DNA of 56,512 nucleotides, taken from the NCBI GenBank assembly GCA_964514965.1, contig CAZETV010000002.1, positions 188,545-245,056 of the forward strand, given 5' to 3'. Positions 47,884 through 56,512 of this stretch are shown piece after piece. Under the pieces are notes generated by a model. It was given only the letters and a program-made list of their open reading frames with translations, was not told where the DNA came from and did not search any database. Each line of letters begins with the position of its first letter. Within the stretch, counting starts at the first letter, position 1. A program made the translations under genes and the position numbers. Origin of the DNA: Candidatus Hadarchaeota archaeon. GTDB lineage: Archaea > Hadarchaeota > Hadarchaeia > Hadarchaeales > Hadarchaeaceae.

Positions 47884-48336
47884 TCATCCCCTAGGCCGGG
47901 ACATCTCTTCCCGGAGCTTCTCAAGGAGATTGCGTAGTGTCCTCCGTTCGTCTGTCGTGAACGCTCGAAAGACGTTCCGCATGTACTCGCTGTACCTCGT
48001 AGCTACAATTTCTTGCACGGCTTTCCCCTTGGGGGTGAGCTCTATGATGGTGGCCCTCCTGTCTCCCCGTCGCGCCATCCTCTTTAGGAGCCCCTTGGAC
48101 TCGAGCCTGTCGATTATCCCGGTGATGTTGGCCGGAGTCACGAGCATTTCATCGCTTATCCCCTTCATCGGCGTCGCGCCATTTTTGGCAACTATCCTCA
48201 ACACCCGGAACTGCGGCTGAGTCAGCCCTTCCTTTAAAAGCATTTCTGTGATGCTGCATTGCATCACCTTGTACGTCGCTATGACGGCGTTGTATGTCTC
48301 GTTGGGATGTCCCGCTGGTCCTTCTCCTTTGGGCAT
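47884..48336 (-). CDS. MarR-family transcriptional regulator.
   Basis: LTQPQFRVLRIVAKNGATPMKGISDEMLVTPANITGIIDRLESKGLLKRMARRGDRRATIIELTPKG. Start placed at the internal Met (TATA-like box about 25 nt upstream, probably leaderless). Confidence 0.75.
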   Translation of the reverse strand: MPKGEGPAGHPNETYNAVIATYKVMQCSITEMLLKEGLTQPQFRVLRIVAKNGATPMKGISDEMLVTPANITGIIDRLESKGLLKRMARRGDRRATIIELTPKGKAVQEIVATRYSEYMRNVFRAFTTDERRTLRNLLEKLREEMSRPRG

Positions 48337-48895
48337 GTTGTAAAATAAGTTAGTCAAAGTATAAATAGTTAAGTCATTAACTGTTTCTTTGGTTATACCT
48401 TGAACGCAAGCAGCATAGGCTCTGAAATGGTCCCCTTCAGAGGCACACGAGAACCCACAAAGGCCCGTTTTTCCGGGCCTGAAACGAGCGAGCCAAGGCC
48501 CGCAATCGCAGTGATACACGAGGTATGGGGAGTTAGTAAACCACACAAAGGACGTAACGAACAGATTCGCGAGGGAGGGATACGTGGCGCTCGCTCCCAA
48601 CTTCTCCTCGTGTCCAGAGCTGGCCTCGCTGCTCACACCTCAGAATATTGGCATCACGATGGGTTTCGTTCAGACACTGCCTGCCGAGAGGAGGGCGGAC
48701 ATGGTTTATGCACGGCAAGAGTCTGCAAAGCAACCGGCCGGGACGAGAGATGTGGCACAGAGGATGATGAGTAAGATGTTTGGAGGAATGCAGAAGGACG
48801 CTCCCACAAAAGAAGCGGTGAAAGTAGTGGACGTGTTATATCGCGGTTAGGAGCTTGCGCGCTTTAGCCCCTGCTCGAACTCGAGGTGCAAAAGA

Positions 48896-50716
48896 ATGGT
48901 CGAATACAAGTGGGTCGCCCTCTCCAACACCACCCTGGGCGTGCTGATGGCCACGATAAACGGATCGATAACCCTGATCTCTCTGCCAGCGATATTTCGC
49001 GGGATTAACATCGACCCCCTCACATCTTTTCAGTACCTGTTGTGGATTCTCTTCGGCTACAGTATCGTCACGGCCTCCTTGCTCGTCATGTTCGGACGGA
49101 TATCCGACATGTACGGGAGGGTGAAGCTGTACAACATGGGGTTCTTAATCTTCACGGCAGGTTCCATACTCCTGTACTTTACTCCAAGCGGCGGAGACCT
49201 CGGAGCATTAGAAATAATCTTCTTCAGGATAGTGCAAGGACTGGGCGCCGCCTTCCTCTTTGCCAACAGCGCGGCAATTATCACCGATGCCTTCCCCTTC
49301 AACGAACGTGGTAAAGCCTTGGGCATAAACCAAGTAGCAGCAATGATCGGCTCCATCGCGGGGCTCATCCTGGGCGGAATCCTGGCGGCCTTCGACTGGC
49401 GTTACGTCTTTCTCGTCAGCGTGCCCGTTGGTATTTTCGGGACAATCTGGTCGTACCGGAAGCTCAGGGAGCTCGCTGCGATACGGAAGAACCAAAAGCT
49501 CGACCTCTTGGGCAACGCCCTGTGGGGTACGGGTCTCACCGTGATCCTGCTGGGGGTGACGTACGGGTTGATCCCGTACGGAGGCTCAACCATGGGCTGG
49601 GGCAACCCCTGGGTAATCACCGCGCTCATATTCGGCGTTGCGCTGCTGGTGGCGTTTCCCTTCGTAGAGGCCAGGGTAAAGGATCCGATGTTTAGGCTGG
49701 GGCTGTTCAGGAACAGGATGTTCAGCGCCGCAAATTTCGCCGGGATGCTTGCAGCCATCGGCAGAGGAGGGGTCATGATCATGCTGATAATACTGCTACA
49801 GGGAATATGGCTCCCGCTCCACGGATACAGCTATGAATCGACGCCCTTCTGGTCCGGCATATACATGCTGCCCCTGTTGGCTGGTTTTGTTGTCATGGGA
49901 CCGCTGAGCGGCTGGCTCTCGGACAGATACGGTGCCCGGGGCCTCTCCACGCTTGGGATGCTGATCACGGCGGTCACCTTTTTCGCGCTCGCGGCCCTTC
50001 CTTACAACTTCGACTATTTGCCCTTCGGCGTGATCCTCTTCGTGCAGGGTATCGGGGGTGGGATGTTTGCGTCTCCAAACACGGCATCGATCATGAACTC
50101 CGTTCCCGGAGAACACCGCGGCGCCGCTTCGGGGATGAGGGCGACACTCCAGAACACAGCGACGACGGTGAGCCAGGCGCTGTTCTTCACCATCGTGATT
50201 TTCACCCTCGCCAACAACCTGCCCAGCGCCTTCTCGGCCGCCTTCACGAGTGCCGGCGTGCCCCAGCTCGGTTCGGTCTTCGCCCAGACTCCGCCGACCG
50301 GGGCTCTCTTCGCTGCCTTCCTCGGCTACAACCCTGTCGGCAGCATCGTCTCGCAGCTCTTGCTCAACCAGAGCACGGCCTCGTTGGTGTCGTCTATTCC
50401 GCCGCAGACCCTGAGCTACCTGACGGGCAACACTTTCTTCCCGACCGCGATCGCCCCTCCGTTTATGGGCGCACTGAGTTTCGCCTTCTACGTCGGCCTT
50501 GGCCTCTCCGTTGCGGCCGCGGTCTCGTCCCTTTTCCGTGGCAGGGTTTACATATACAAAAAGGAGGTGACTGTCGCCCCCAAGCCTCCCGTCCTTCCGC
50601 CGATAACGGGGCAGGAAAGCGATGCTCAAAACCTGAGCGGCAAAGGAGATATGCGAAAGGCCCCCCGTGGCGCGATTGGATTAGAACCTTCGCCGCGCAA
50701 GGAGGGGGATGACTAA
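48896..50716 (+). CDS. MFS transporter, 14-TMS DHA2/EmrB-like efflux pump.
   Basis: [11 protein letters not shown], multiple hydrophobic spans, 606 aa. Confidence 0.85.
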   Translation: MVEYKWVALSNTTLGVLMATINGSITLISLPAIFRGINIDPLTSFQYLLWILFGYSIVTASLLVMFGRISDMYGRVKLYNMGFLIFTAGSILLYFTPSGGDLGALEIIFFRIVQGLGAAFLFANSAAIITDAFPFNERGKALGINQVAAMIGSIAGLILGGILAAFDWRYVFLVSVPVGIFGTIWSYRKLRELAAIRKNQKLDLLGNALWGTGLTVILLGVTYGLIPYGGSTMGWGNPWVITALIFGVALLVAFPFVEARVKDPMFRLGLFRNRMFSAANFAGMLAAIGRGGVMIMLIILLQGIWLPLHGYSYESTPFWSGIYMLPLLAGFVVMGPLSGWLSDRYGARGLSTLGMLITAVTFFALAALPYNFDYLPFGVILFVQGIGGGMFASPNTASIMNSVPGEHRGAASGMRATLQNTATTVSQALFFTIVIFTLANNLPSAFSAAFTSAGVPQLGSVFAQTPPTGALFAAFLGYNPVGSIVSQLLLNQSTASLVSSIPPQTLSYLTGNTFFPTAIAPPFMGALSFAFYVGLGLSVAAAVSSLFRGRVYIYKKEVTVAPKPPVLPPITGQESDAQNLSGKGDMRKAPRGAIGLEPSPRKEGDD

Positions 50717-50753
50717 TTGAGTCAACAAGTCTACAATTATTACTCTAGACGGA

Positions 50754-51056
50754 TTGAGGAGCGTTTACGCCAACGCGAACATGAACATCAGGCAACGGCC
50801 CGCAATCTCCAAGATAGACCAGCTGAAAGTTTTCGCTCAAGGCCTGGGGTTGAATCCCGATCAGATCATCATGTCCGGCGCATTGGCAGAACCACACAGG
50901 GCCATAGTGACTCCGGGCGACTTGGAGGCTTGGCAGGTACAAACCCTATCCTCGGCTCTGAAGGAAACCCTCAAAAACGAGATTATTTCCGAGCTATCGT
51001 TTGGGTCCAAAGGTATATGGTTAGAGGAATGGGCCCGAAGGGATTCGAACCCTTGA
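50754..51056 (+). CDS. Hypothetical ORF running into the 3' end of tRNA-Met. Paralogous to the segment at 716..900. Candidate N-terminal fragment of a tRNA-targeting, SSV-type partitioned integrase, or a decayed gene.
   Basis: IDQLKVFAQGLGLNPDQIIMSGALAEPHRAIV shared with 716..900. The last 26 nt of the ORF are tRNA-Met sequence. Confidence 0.3.
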   Translation: MRSVYANANMNIRQRPAISKIDQLKVFAQGLGLNPDQIIMSGALAEPHRAIVTPGDLEAWQVQTLSSALKETLKNEIISELSFGSKGIWLEEWARRDSNP

Positions 51057-51125
51057 CCACTCGGTTATGAGCTTCGCCCAACTTAAGCAGCTGTCGAGCG
51101 CTCTAACCAGCTGAGCTACGGGCCC
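51030..51125 (-). tRNA. tRNA with anticodon CAT (elongator Met or Ile2) carrying a ~22-nt intron immediately 5' of the anticodon loop (non-canonical position).
   Basis: Revcomp GGGCCCG-TA-GCTC-AGCTGGTTA-GAGC-G-CTCGA-[CAGCTGCTTAAGTTGGGCGAAG]-CTCATAA-CCGAG-TGGTC-AAGGG-TTCGAAT-CCCTT-CGGGCCC-A. G1:C72, so not an initiator. Confidence 0.7.
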
Positions 51126-51209
51126 TGTACCAACTTCTCTAAGGATTGATTAAAACATTTGCTAAACAATATTAAAATGGAATCGCACGAATTATTATAA
51201 GGTGGAGAC

Positions 51210-52196
51210 TTGGCTGTAAAAATTCTATCTCACGGCGACACCGATGGCGTATGTTCAGCAGCCCTCGCTAAGGCGCGCTTTCCCAATGCAGAAGTTTGGT
51301 TCACCCGCCCGATAACACTCTTGCGCGACCTCAACACAATTAACATCGGCAACGTAGTTTTCATTTCAGATATCGCAATAAGCGAGACCCATAAAGAGGA
51401 GATATTCAAGCGCATGCGTGAACTTGCGCAGAAGGATGAAGTCATCTACATCGACCACCACCCGCTCCCCCCCAATACTCTGAAGAGGGACATCCCGGCC
51501 ACGCAGTCTGCTCATGAGATAGGCACGAGTGCTTCGGAGATTACCTTCCGATTTTTTAAATCAGACATAAACCCAGATTTGGACCGAGTCGCATTGTGGG
51601 GCGCGATTGCCGATTACTGCGAAGAGACCGAGTTCGTGCGCGATGGAATGAGCAAGTACGACAGGCGAACAATCTACATGGAGGCAGGGCTGCTTACCCA
51701 AGCGCTGGGCGAGGCTGCAGGCGATTATCACTACAAACGCGATGTTGCACTCAAGCTAGCGCGGGGCGACCCCCCAACGGAAATCCCAGAAATTGTCGAC
51801 CGGGCAATTAAAGCAACGAAACGTGAGTGGGAGGTATGGCGGTACGTCAAGGAACATGTAATACGTGAGGGGAATATTGCGATTATCTATGACTTGCCCT
51901 CCGGCAGCCTCGGGAAAGCGGCGCTCTACGCGCTGGGAACGACTGGCGCTAATGTTGGAATTTGCACCCGAAAAGACGACGACGAGATAGACGTGAGCAT
52001 GCGGCGCCGGGCAGGGGCAAAGATCGACCTTAACGAGATGCTCCGCCACATCACCGCTCGCGTAGGAGGCTCTGGAGGTGGGCACGAAGGAGCCGCTGGT
52101 GCGACTATTCCGGCCGACCTCTTTGACTCTTTCTTGGATACAATTAAGAAAGAAATCTCGCCTGTGATAAGCAGGAACTTTACACTCAAGAGATAG
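51210..52196 (+). CDS. DHH-family phosphoesterase (NrnA/RecJ-like, DHH plus DHHA1).
   Basis: ILSHGDTDGVCSAA, YIDHHP. Confidence 0.75.
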   Translation: MAVKILSHGDTDGVCSAALAKARFPNAEVWFTRPITLLRDLNTINIGNVVFISDIAISETHKEEIFKRMRELAQKDEVIYIDHHPLPPNTLKRDIPATQSAHEIGTSASEITFRFFKSDINPDLDRVALWGAIADYCEETEFVRDGMSKYDRRTIYMEAGLLTQALGEAAGDYHYKRDVALKLARGDPPTEIPEIVDRAIKATKREWEVWRYVKEHVIREGNIAIIYDLPSGSLGKAALYALGTTGANVGICTRKDDDEIDVSMRRRAGAKIDLNEMLRHITARVGGSGGGHEGAAGATIPADLFDSFLDTIKKEISPVISRNFTLKR

Positions 52197-52275
52197 CTAG
52201 AACAAATCTACCTCAATAATTCTCTAGGCCTAACCATCACAACAATGCGTGAGCCTTCTCGTGCTAGATACTTTG

Positions 52276-52441
52276 TGGCGCCGGGGAGAGGACTCGAACC
52301 TCTGACCGCCTGGTCGCTGTACACAAGCATGTCGTCCCCGGTAATTGAGGTTCGTTCTTCATCCATGCCAGGTTTAACAGCCAGGCGCGTTCGGCAGGCG
52401 CAGAATTAACTGTAGCCTACTACCTACTGCGCCACCCCGGC
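52276..52441 (-). tRNA. Probable tRNA-Asn (anticodon GTT) interrupted by a ~64-nt intron at 37/38 and a second ~29-nt insert in the D-arm. CCA encoded.
   Basis: Acceptor GCCGGGG/CCCCGGC-G-CCA, T-arm AGAGG-TTCGAGT-CCTCT. Anticodon stem CCTGG/CCAGG with loop CTGTTA|A separated by about 64 nt. D-stem GCGC then a 38-nt stretch before the 3' D-stem. Confidence 0.5.
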
Positions 52442-52548
52442 GCCGTAGGATATATCCCAACTTTAAACATATAAGGCATCTTTAAATATCTCGGGGATTG
52501 TTGGAACCGATCATTTAAACCATTTTTACATTCTTTGAGCTTGCCGCT

Positions 52549-53304
52549 TCAAATTTCCAGTATCGCCTTCCGGCACATCTTTCTAAAAGTTACTCTGAGA
52601 TTTACTTTATTATCAAAATTCTTAGCTTTTTTGCGCAGCCTCGCCCGCGGCTGATACGACAAACACTCAGCCGTTTTTATTAGAAGTGGCATAGCACGAA
52701 CTATATTGTCAACAATCGTAATGTCCGCCGCCCGTGCAGTCCTTGACAACGGATTCAGGTCAATCGCAATGATGTGTTTTCCGAGTTTTTTCAAAGTGTC
52801 CGTTCGATCGCCATCCTCGAGCGGAACTAGAACGACATCCGCAACAGCGATTCCCCTCCGGTCAACTTTCCTTCGATCACTATAGATCTCATTTATCCGA
52901 ATCGAGAACTTTTTACCAGACCCGAGCACCTCTTTTACTCCATGTTTTCGCAACCATCGGGCTATTGCTGCCTCACGTTTTATTGAACCATGAAATAGAT
53001 TGACCTCGACTTTCGCGTTTGTTACTTTCGCCAGTTTTGCAATATCTTCCGGCACGAGCGCCGCTACGTTGCCGTTCACAGAGATTACAGGATGTTTTGC
53101 CAAGAGGAGCATTGCAGCCGCGGCCTCGATAGCGTGTCGGGCGTGCTTGGTCGTTTGTTCGCCCAGCATATAGTCGAACGCCTCACCCCGACCGTGCGCC
53201 GCCAGTCCCTCAGGTACAACTAATCCAGCATTGAATCCATCGACGAGCCGCTCACGAATGCGTAAAGACTCCGCGCGAGGATGCAAAGGAGAAACTTTGC
53301 TCAT
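52549..53304 (-). CDS. Conserved archaeal protein, possibly phosphopantothenate synthetase-like (COG1701).
   Basis: 251 aa. GEAFDYMLGE motif. Family call is from memory only. Confidence 0.3.
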   Translation of the reverse strand: MSKVSPLHPRAESLRIRERLVDGFNAGLVVPEGLAAHGRGEAFDYMLGEQTTKHARHAIEAAAAMLLLAKHPVISVNGNVAALVPEDIAKLAKVTNAKVEVNLFHGSIKREAAIARWLRKHGVKEVLGSGKKFSIRINEIYSDRRKVDRRGIAVADVVLVPLEDGDRTDTLKKLGKHIIAIDLNPLSRTARAADITIVDNIVRAMPLLIKTAECLSYQPRARLRKKAKNFDNKVNLRVTFRKMCRKAILEI

Positions 53305-53384
53305 CTGATCATCGATAAATTTCCCCTCGTTCGTTTAAATCTGACTATGAAAAGCTTTTTTGGGCAGGCAAAACCATCTCAAAA

Positions 53385-54062
53385 GTGATGATCATGCGCC
53401 CTCATCCTCTTATCATTGTCCCCCTTTTCTTGGCCGTGATCGCTTTGGTAATAACGAGTGGTACGAGTGGATATCTCCTGCCTCTCGCAGCGGGGTTGTC
53501 GGTCGCGACTGTGTTCCTTGCATTCGCCGTGATCTTCCAGTATACGAGACCGCCCCCCGATGTCAAACAAGTCCCAGTCGAGAATTTCTACCTCTGGGCA
53601 GATATCGGTGAGTCCGGAGCGGAACTTAGTCGGCTCAGCCTTGGAGATGTCGAAGCAGCGACGCGCATAGTTAGTGCTGATCTCAGCGCTCTCTCCTCAA
53701 ACGCGGACCTTCTCAATGCTCGCATTTCCCTGCTCCTTGGTAGAGAAGGATTCGAGGAATTGACGCGAGAGAAGTTTAACTTGCAAACCGAAAAACTTTC
53801 CGAGGACCTCCGCGGAATCACCAGACAACTGAAGAAAGAATTTCAAGCTGAAATATTGAGCTCAATCGAACAGTGTGCTTCTCAGGCCGATCGAATCGCG
53901 AACAAACTTTACGATTTCCAGCGAGGAAAGTCGGAAGTAATCCACACTTATGCCGAACCTCTGCGCAGGGCTGCAGAAAAACTTTCCAGCGACCTGAGAC
54001 TCGCCTTCGTGAATATTTCAAATTTCATGAAAAGCTCACAGGCTGGATTTGAGAGTTCTTAG
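53385..54062 (+). CDS. Hypothetical membrane-anchored coiled-coil protein.
   Basis: Two N-terminal hydrophobic helices (LIIVPLFLAVIALVITS..., LLPLAAGLSVATVFLAFAVIF) then a helical region. Confidence 0.4.
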   Translation: MMIMRPHPLIIVPLFLAVIALVITSGTSGYLLPLAAGLSVATVFLAFAVIFQYTRPPPDVKQVPVENFYLWADIGESGAELSRLSLGDVEAATRIVSADLSALSSNADLLNARISLLLGREGFEELTREKFNLQTEKLSEDLRGITRQLKKEFQAEILSSIEQCASQADRIANKLYDFQRGKSEVIHTYAEPLRRAAEKLSSDLRLAFVNISNFMKSSQAGFESS

Positions 54063-54073
54063 AGGGATCGTTC

Positions 54074-55318
54074 ATGGCGAAGCCGCACGTAAACTTGGTA
54101 TTTATCGGTCATGTCGACCACGGGAAGTCCACACTTATTGGCAAGCTACTCATTGAGCTTGGCGTAGTCTCAGAGAAGGAAATCAGTGAAGATGCGGGAA
54201 GTTTCAAGTTTGCGTGGGTGATGGACCGCGAGAAAGAGGAGCGCGACCGAGGACTGACAATCGATGTGGCTTACCGTAAGCTTGAGACTTCCAAGAATTA
54301 CATCACTATAATCGACGCACCTGGACACCGAGATTTTGTGAAAAATATGATTACTGGGGCAAGCCAAGCCGACGCAGCGGTGCTCGTGGTCGCGGCTGAC
54401 GATGGAATCATGCCCCAGACGCGGGAGCACGCGGCGCTCGCGTTCACTCTTGGTGTGGGACAGCTCATTGTGGCGATAAACAAGATGGACCTCGTAAATT
54501 ACGACGAGGCGGCCTACGATAAATTGAAGGAAGATTTAGTCACGCTGCTAGGCGGTATAGGATATCGTAACGCAAGCGATTTTATTTACATACCAATCTC
54601 CGCTTTCCACGGAGAAAACGTGGCAAAGGCTAGCTCGAAGATGCCTTGGTACAACGGTCCTAATTTGCTCCAAGGGCTGGAAACGTTCACCGAGCCTGAG
54701 AAACCAATCGACAAGCCCCTTAGAATTCCCATACAAGATGTCTTTTCAGTCACAGGTGTTGGAACCGTACCCATAGGGCGGGTCGAAACCGGAGTACTAA
54801 AGATCGGTGATTCCATTGTGTTCGAGCCCTCGGGAAAGAGCGGTGAGGTTCGATCAATCGAGATGCACCACGAATCCATGCAAAAAGCCATGCCCGGCGA
54901 CAATATAGGCTTCAACGTTCGCGGTGTTTCAAAGGCAGACGTGAAGCGGGGCGATGTTGCCGGACATCCTGACAGACCCCCCACTGTCGCGAGCGAGTTC
55001 ACCGCAAAAATCATTGTGCTCGCAGTGCCCACTGATCTCACTCCTGGTTTCGTGCCGTTATTCCATTGCCACTCCGCACATGCTCCCGGGAGGTTTGAAG
55101 AGATTATCCAAAAAATAGACCCGCGCACGGGAGCAGTGGTTGAAGAGAGACCTAAGGCACTGCGAAAAGGCGATGCAGGTCTCGTTCGCGTGGTTCTGAA
55201 TAAGCCCATCGTGATTGAGCGCACCAGCGATATCCCCGAGCTAAGCAGGTTCGCGGTTCGCCACGGGGGGCAAACAATTGCGGCGGGGATGTGTGTCGAC
55301 CTAACGCCAGCAAAGTGA
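54074..55318 (+). CDS. Translation elongation factor 1-alpha family GTPase (aEF1A or close paralogue).
   Basis: NLVFIGHVDHGKST, DAPGHRDFVKNMITGASQADAAVLVVAA, NKMD. Not embedded in an str-type ribosomal operon. Confidence 0.8.
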   Translation: MAKPHVNLVFIGHVDHGKSTLIGKLLIELGVVSEKEISEDAGSFKFAWVMDREKEERDRGLTIDVAYRKLETSKNYITIIDAPGHRDFVKNMITGASQADAAVLVVAADDGIMPQTREHAALAFTLGVGQLIVAINKMDLVNYDEAAYDKLKEDLVTLLGGIGYRNASDFIYIPISAFHGENVAKASSKMPWYNGPNLLQGLETFTEPEKPIDKPLRIPIQDVFSVTGVGTVPIGRVETGVLKIGDSIVFEPSGKSGEVRSIEMHHESMQKAMPGDNIGFNVRGVSKADVKRGDVAGHPDRPPTVASEFTAKIIVLAVPTDLTPGFVPLFHCHSAHAPGRFEEIIQKIDPRTGAVVEERPKALRKGDAGLVRVVLNKPIVIERTSDIPELSRFAVRHGGQTIAAGMCVDLTPAK

Positions 55319-55332
55319 ACAAAAGCGTATGC

Positions 55333-56154
55333 CTAAAGCTTCGGAATTTCTGGCATGCTGAGCTTGTGGGTTATTCGCCGTTCTCGCTCGATGAAGCGGT
55401 TTACATCCTCAACCTTAATGTCTGCCGCACCAGCTATTACATCCGGCTCCAATCCAAGGTCAAGCCCAGCATAAATTATGTCGAGTTTTTCGTATGATAT
55501 GCCGAGCTCCTCCTCATCTGTCTGTCCCCGCCAAAGGCCAGCTGAGGGCGCATTTTCAACTATCCACTTCGGCACTTTCAGATGCGCTGCGAGCTGTCTA
55601 ACCTGCGTCTTGTAAATGCAACCGAGCGGCATTATATCGACCGCTCCATCCCCGTGTTTAGTGAAATATCCAGCCCGAAGCTCGCTCCGGTTGCCAGTCC
55701 CAACCACGAGGCTGTTGAGCAGGTTTGCATAATAGTAGAGAATCGTCATTCGCACTCGAGGTTTGACGTTGGCCGCTGGGATGCGCGCGCCAATCCTAAA
55801 ATCGTATAAGTTTTGGTGTATCCCCAACACTGCTGGAGTGATATCAACTACTCTAAATTTTATACCCAACCTGTTCGAGATGTCATGAGCGTCGGCAACA
55901 TCTCGAGGATTTGTGACTCCCGCCTCTGGCATGCAGACCCCTAAGACATTAGGTTTGCCCAAAGCTTTTTCGCAAAGGATAGCCACTACAGATGAGTCTA
56001 AACCCCCGCTGAGCCCTACCACCGCACCATCAGCCCCAGCTTCCCTGATTTTTCGCTTGATGAATGCGACGAGTTTTCGCTCCACGGCAGGAAGGTTTAT
56101 TTTAAGTGAACGCTTAATCAGCTTCGTGACGTCCTTTTTGGTCATCTGTGTCAC
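55333..56154 (-). CDS. nadE: NH3-dependent NAD+ synthetase.
   Basis: PP-loop VVGLSGGLDSSVVA. 273 aa. Confidence 0.85.
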   Translation of the reverse strand: MTQMTKKDVTKLIKRSLKINLPAVERKLVAFIKRKIREAGADGAVVGLSGGLDSSVVAILCEKALGKPNVLGVCMPEAGVTNPRDVADAHDISNRLGIKFRVVDITPAVLGIHQNLYDFRIGARIPAANVKPRVRMTILYYYANLLNSLVVGTGNRSELRAGYFTKHGDGAVDIMPLGCIYKTQVRQLAAHLKVPKWIVENAPSAGLWRGQTDEEELGISYEKLDIIYAGLDLGLEPDVIAGAADIKVEDVNRFIERERRITHKLSMPEIPKL

Positions 56155-56512
56155 TTTATTAAAGCGAATAAGTCTATAAACTACTTACTCTTGTCCTTCT
56201 TTTCCTCCTGTTCTTGACTTTGAATTCCGCCTTTTTACTCTGCCCGTCGCTTTGGCTTGGAAGCTGTTCCGGAGTTTACCGGCCACGCGCTCGAGGTGAT
56301 GCAGTAAACGCGAGTTTCAAGGAGGGGAACCTCACGGACGGACGTAGCTCGAATTCAGAAGACTTGTTCTTAACCAGCCTCTCAACCTCCACTATGGACT
56401 TCCCGGTCCAGCGCCCTTTTCGTGGATTTCGGTGAAGGAATTTGTTTCGACCACTATCGGCTTTGTTGAATAAGTCTTCATCACCCCCTACTTTTGCAAC
56501 ACGATAGTGGCT

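Overview
Archaeal chromosomal segment (about 50% GC, SD-type ribosome-binding sites, several intron-containing tRNAs). The main system is a complete gas-vesicle (gvp) locus in two convergent halves. The plus-strand half (5.6-9.9 kb) keeps the haloarchaeal gvpFGHIJKLM order. The minus-strand half (12.6-15.4 kb) is gvpA, two GvpC-like genes, gvpN, an extra ORF and gvpO. A CDC48 AAA-ATPase gene and a small tandem-repeat-domain protein sit between the halves. No gvpD or gvpE homologue is present. Both outer borders instead carry a paralogous fusion of a degenerate KaiC/RecA-like (GvpD-like) domain to a PadR winged HTH. One of these has a 12-nt homopolymer directly upstream of its ATG. The GvpF homologue at the head of the FGHIJKLM operon has a roughly 240-aa N-terminal extension made of a duplicated ~45-aa domain plus a coiled coil. 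The same duplicated domain occurs as a standalone protein just after gvpM. The GvpJ-position protein carries a C-terminal zinc ribbon. Three GvpH/Hsp20-like paralogues are present. Other content: a form III RuBisCO next to an HprK/P-like P-loop kinase, and an Sm protein. A 17-kb supercluster holds at least eight glutamine-amidotransferase genes (pyrG, purF, carA, glnA, three-part GOGAT, trpEG, hisHF, guaA), bracketed by two NrpR-like regulators, with a perfect palindrome in the divergent nrpR/glnA promoter. A ribosomal cluster rpl18e-rpl13-rps9-rpoN is present. A roughly 10-kb stretch next to tRNA-Met looks like remnants of integrated elements: two degenerate tRNA-Met 3'-half copies, RHS/YD-repeat fragments, a RelE/Phd pair, an IS110 fragment, and a B12-radical-SAM plus SPASM radical-SAM module with MarR and an MFS exporter. 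Five tRNA genes were found; three carry introns, including non-canonical and probably multiple introns.
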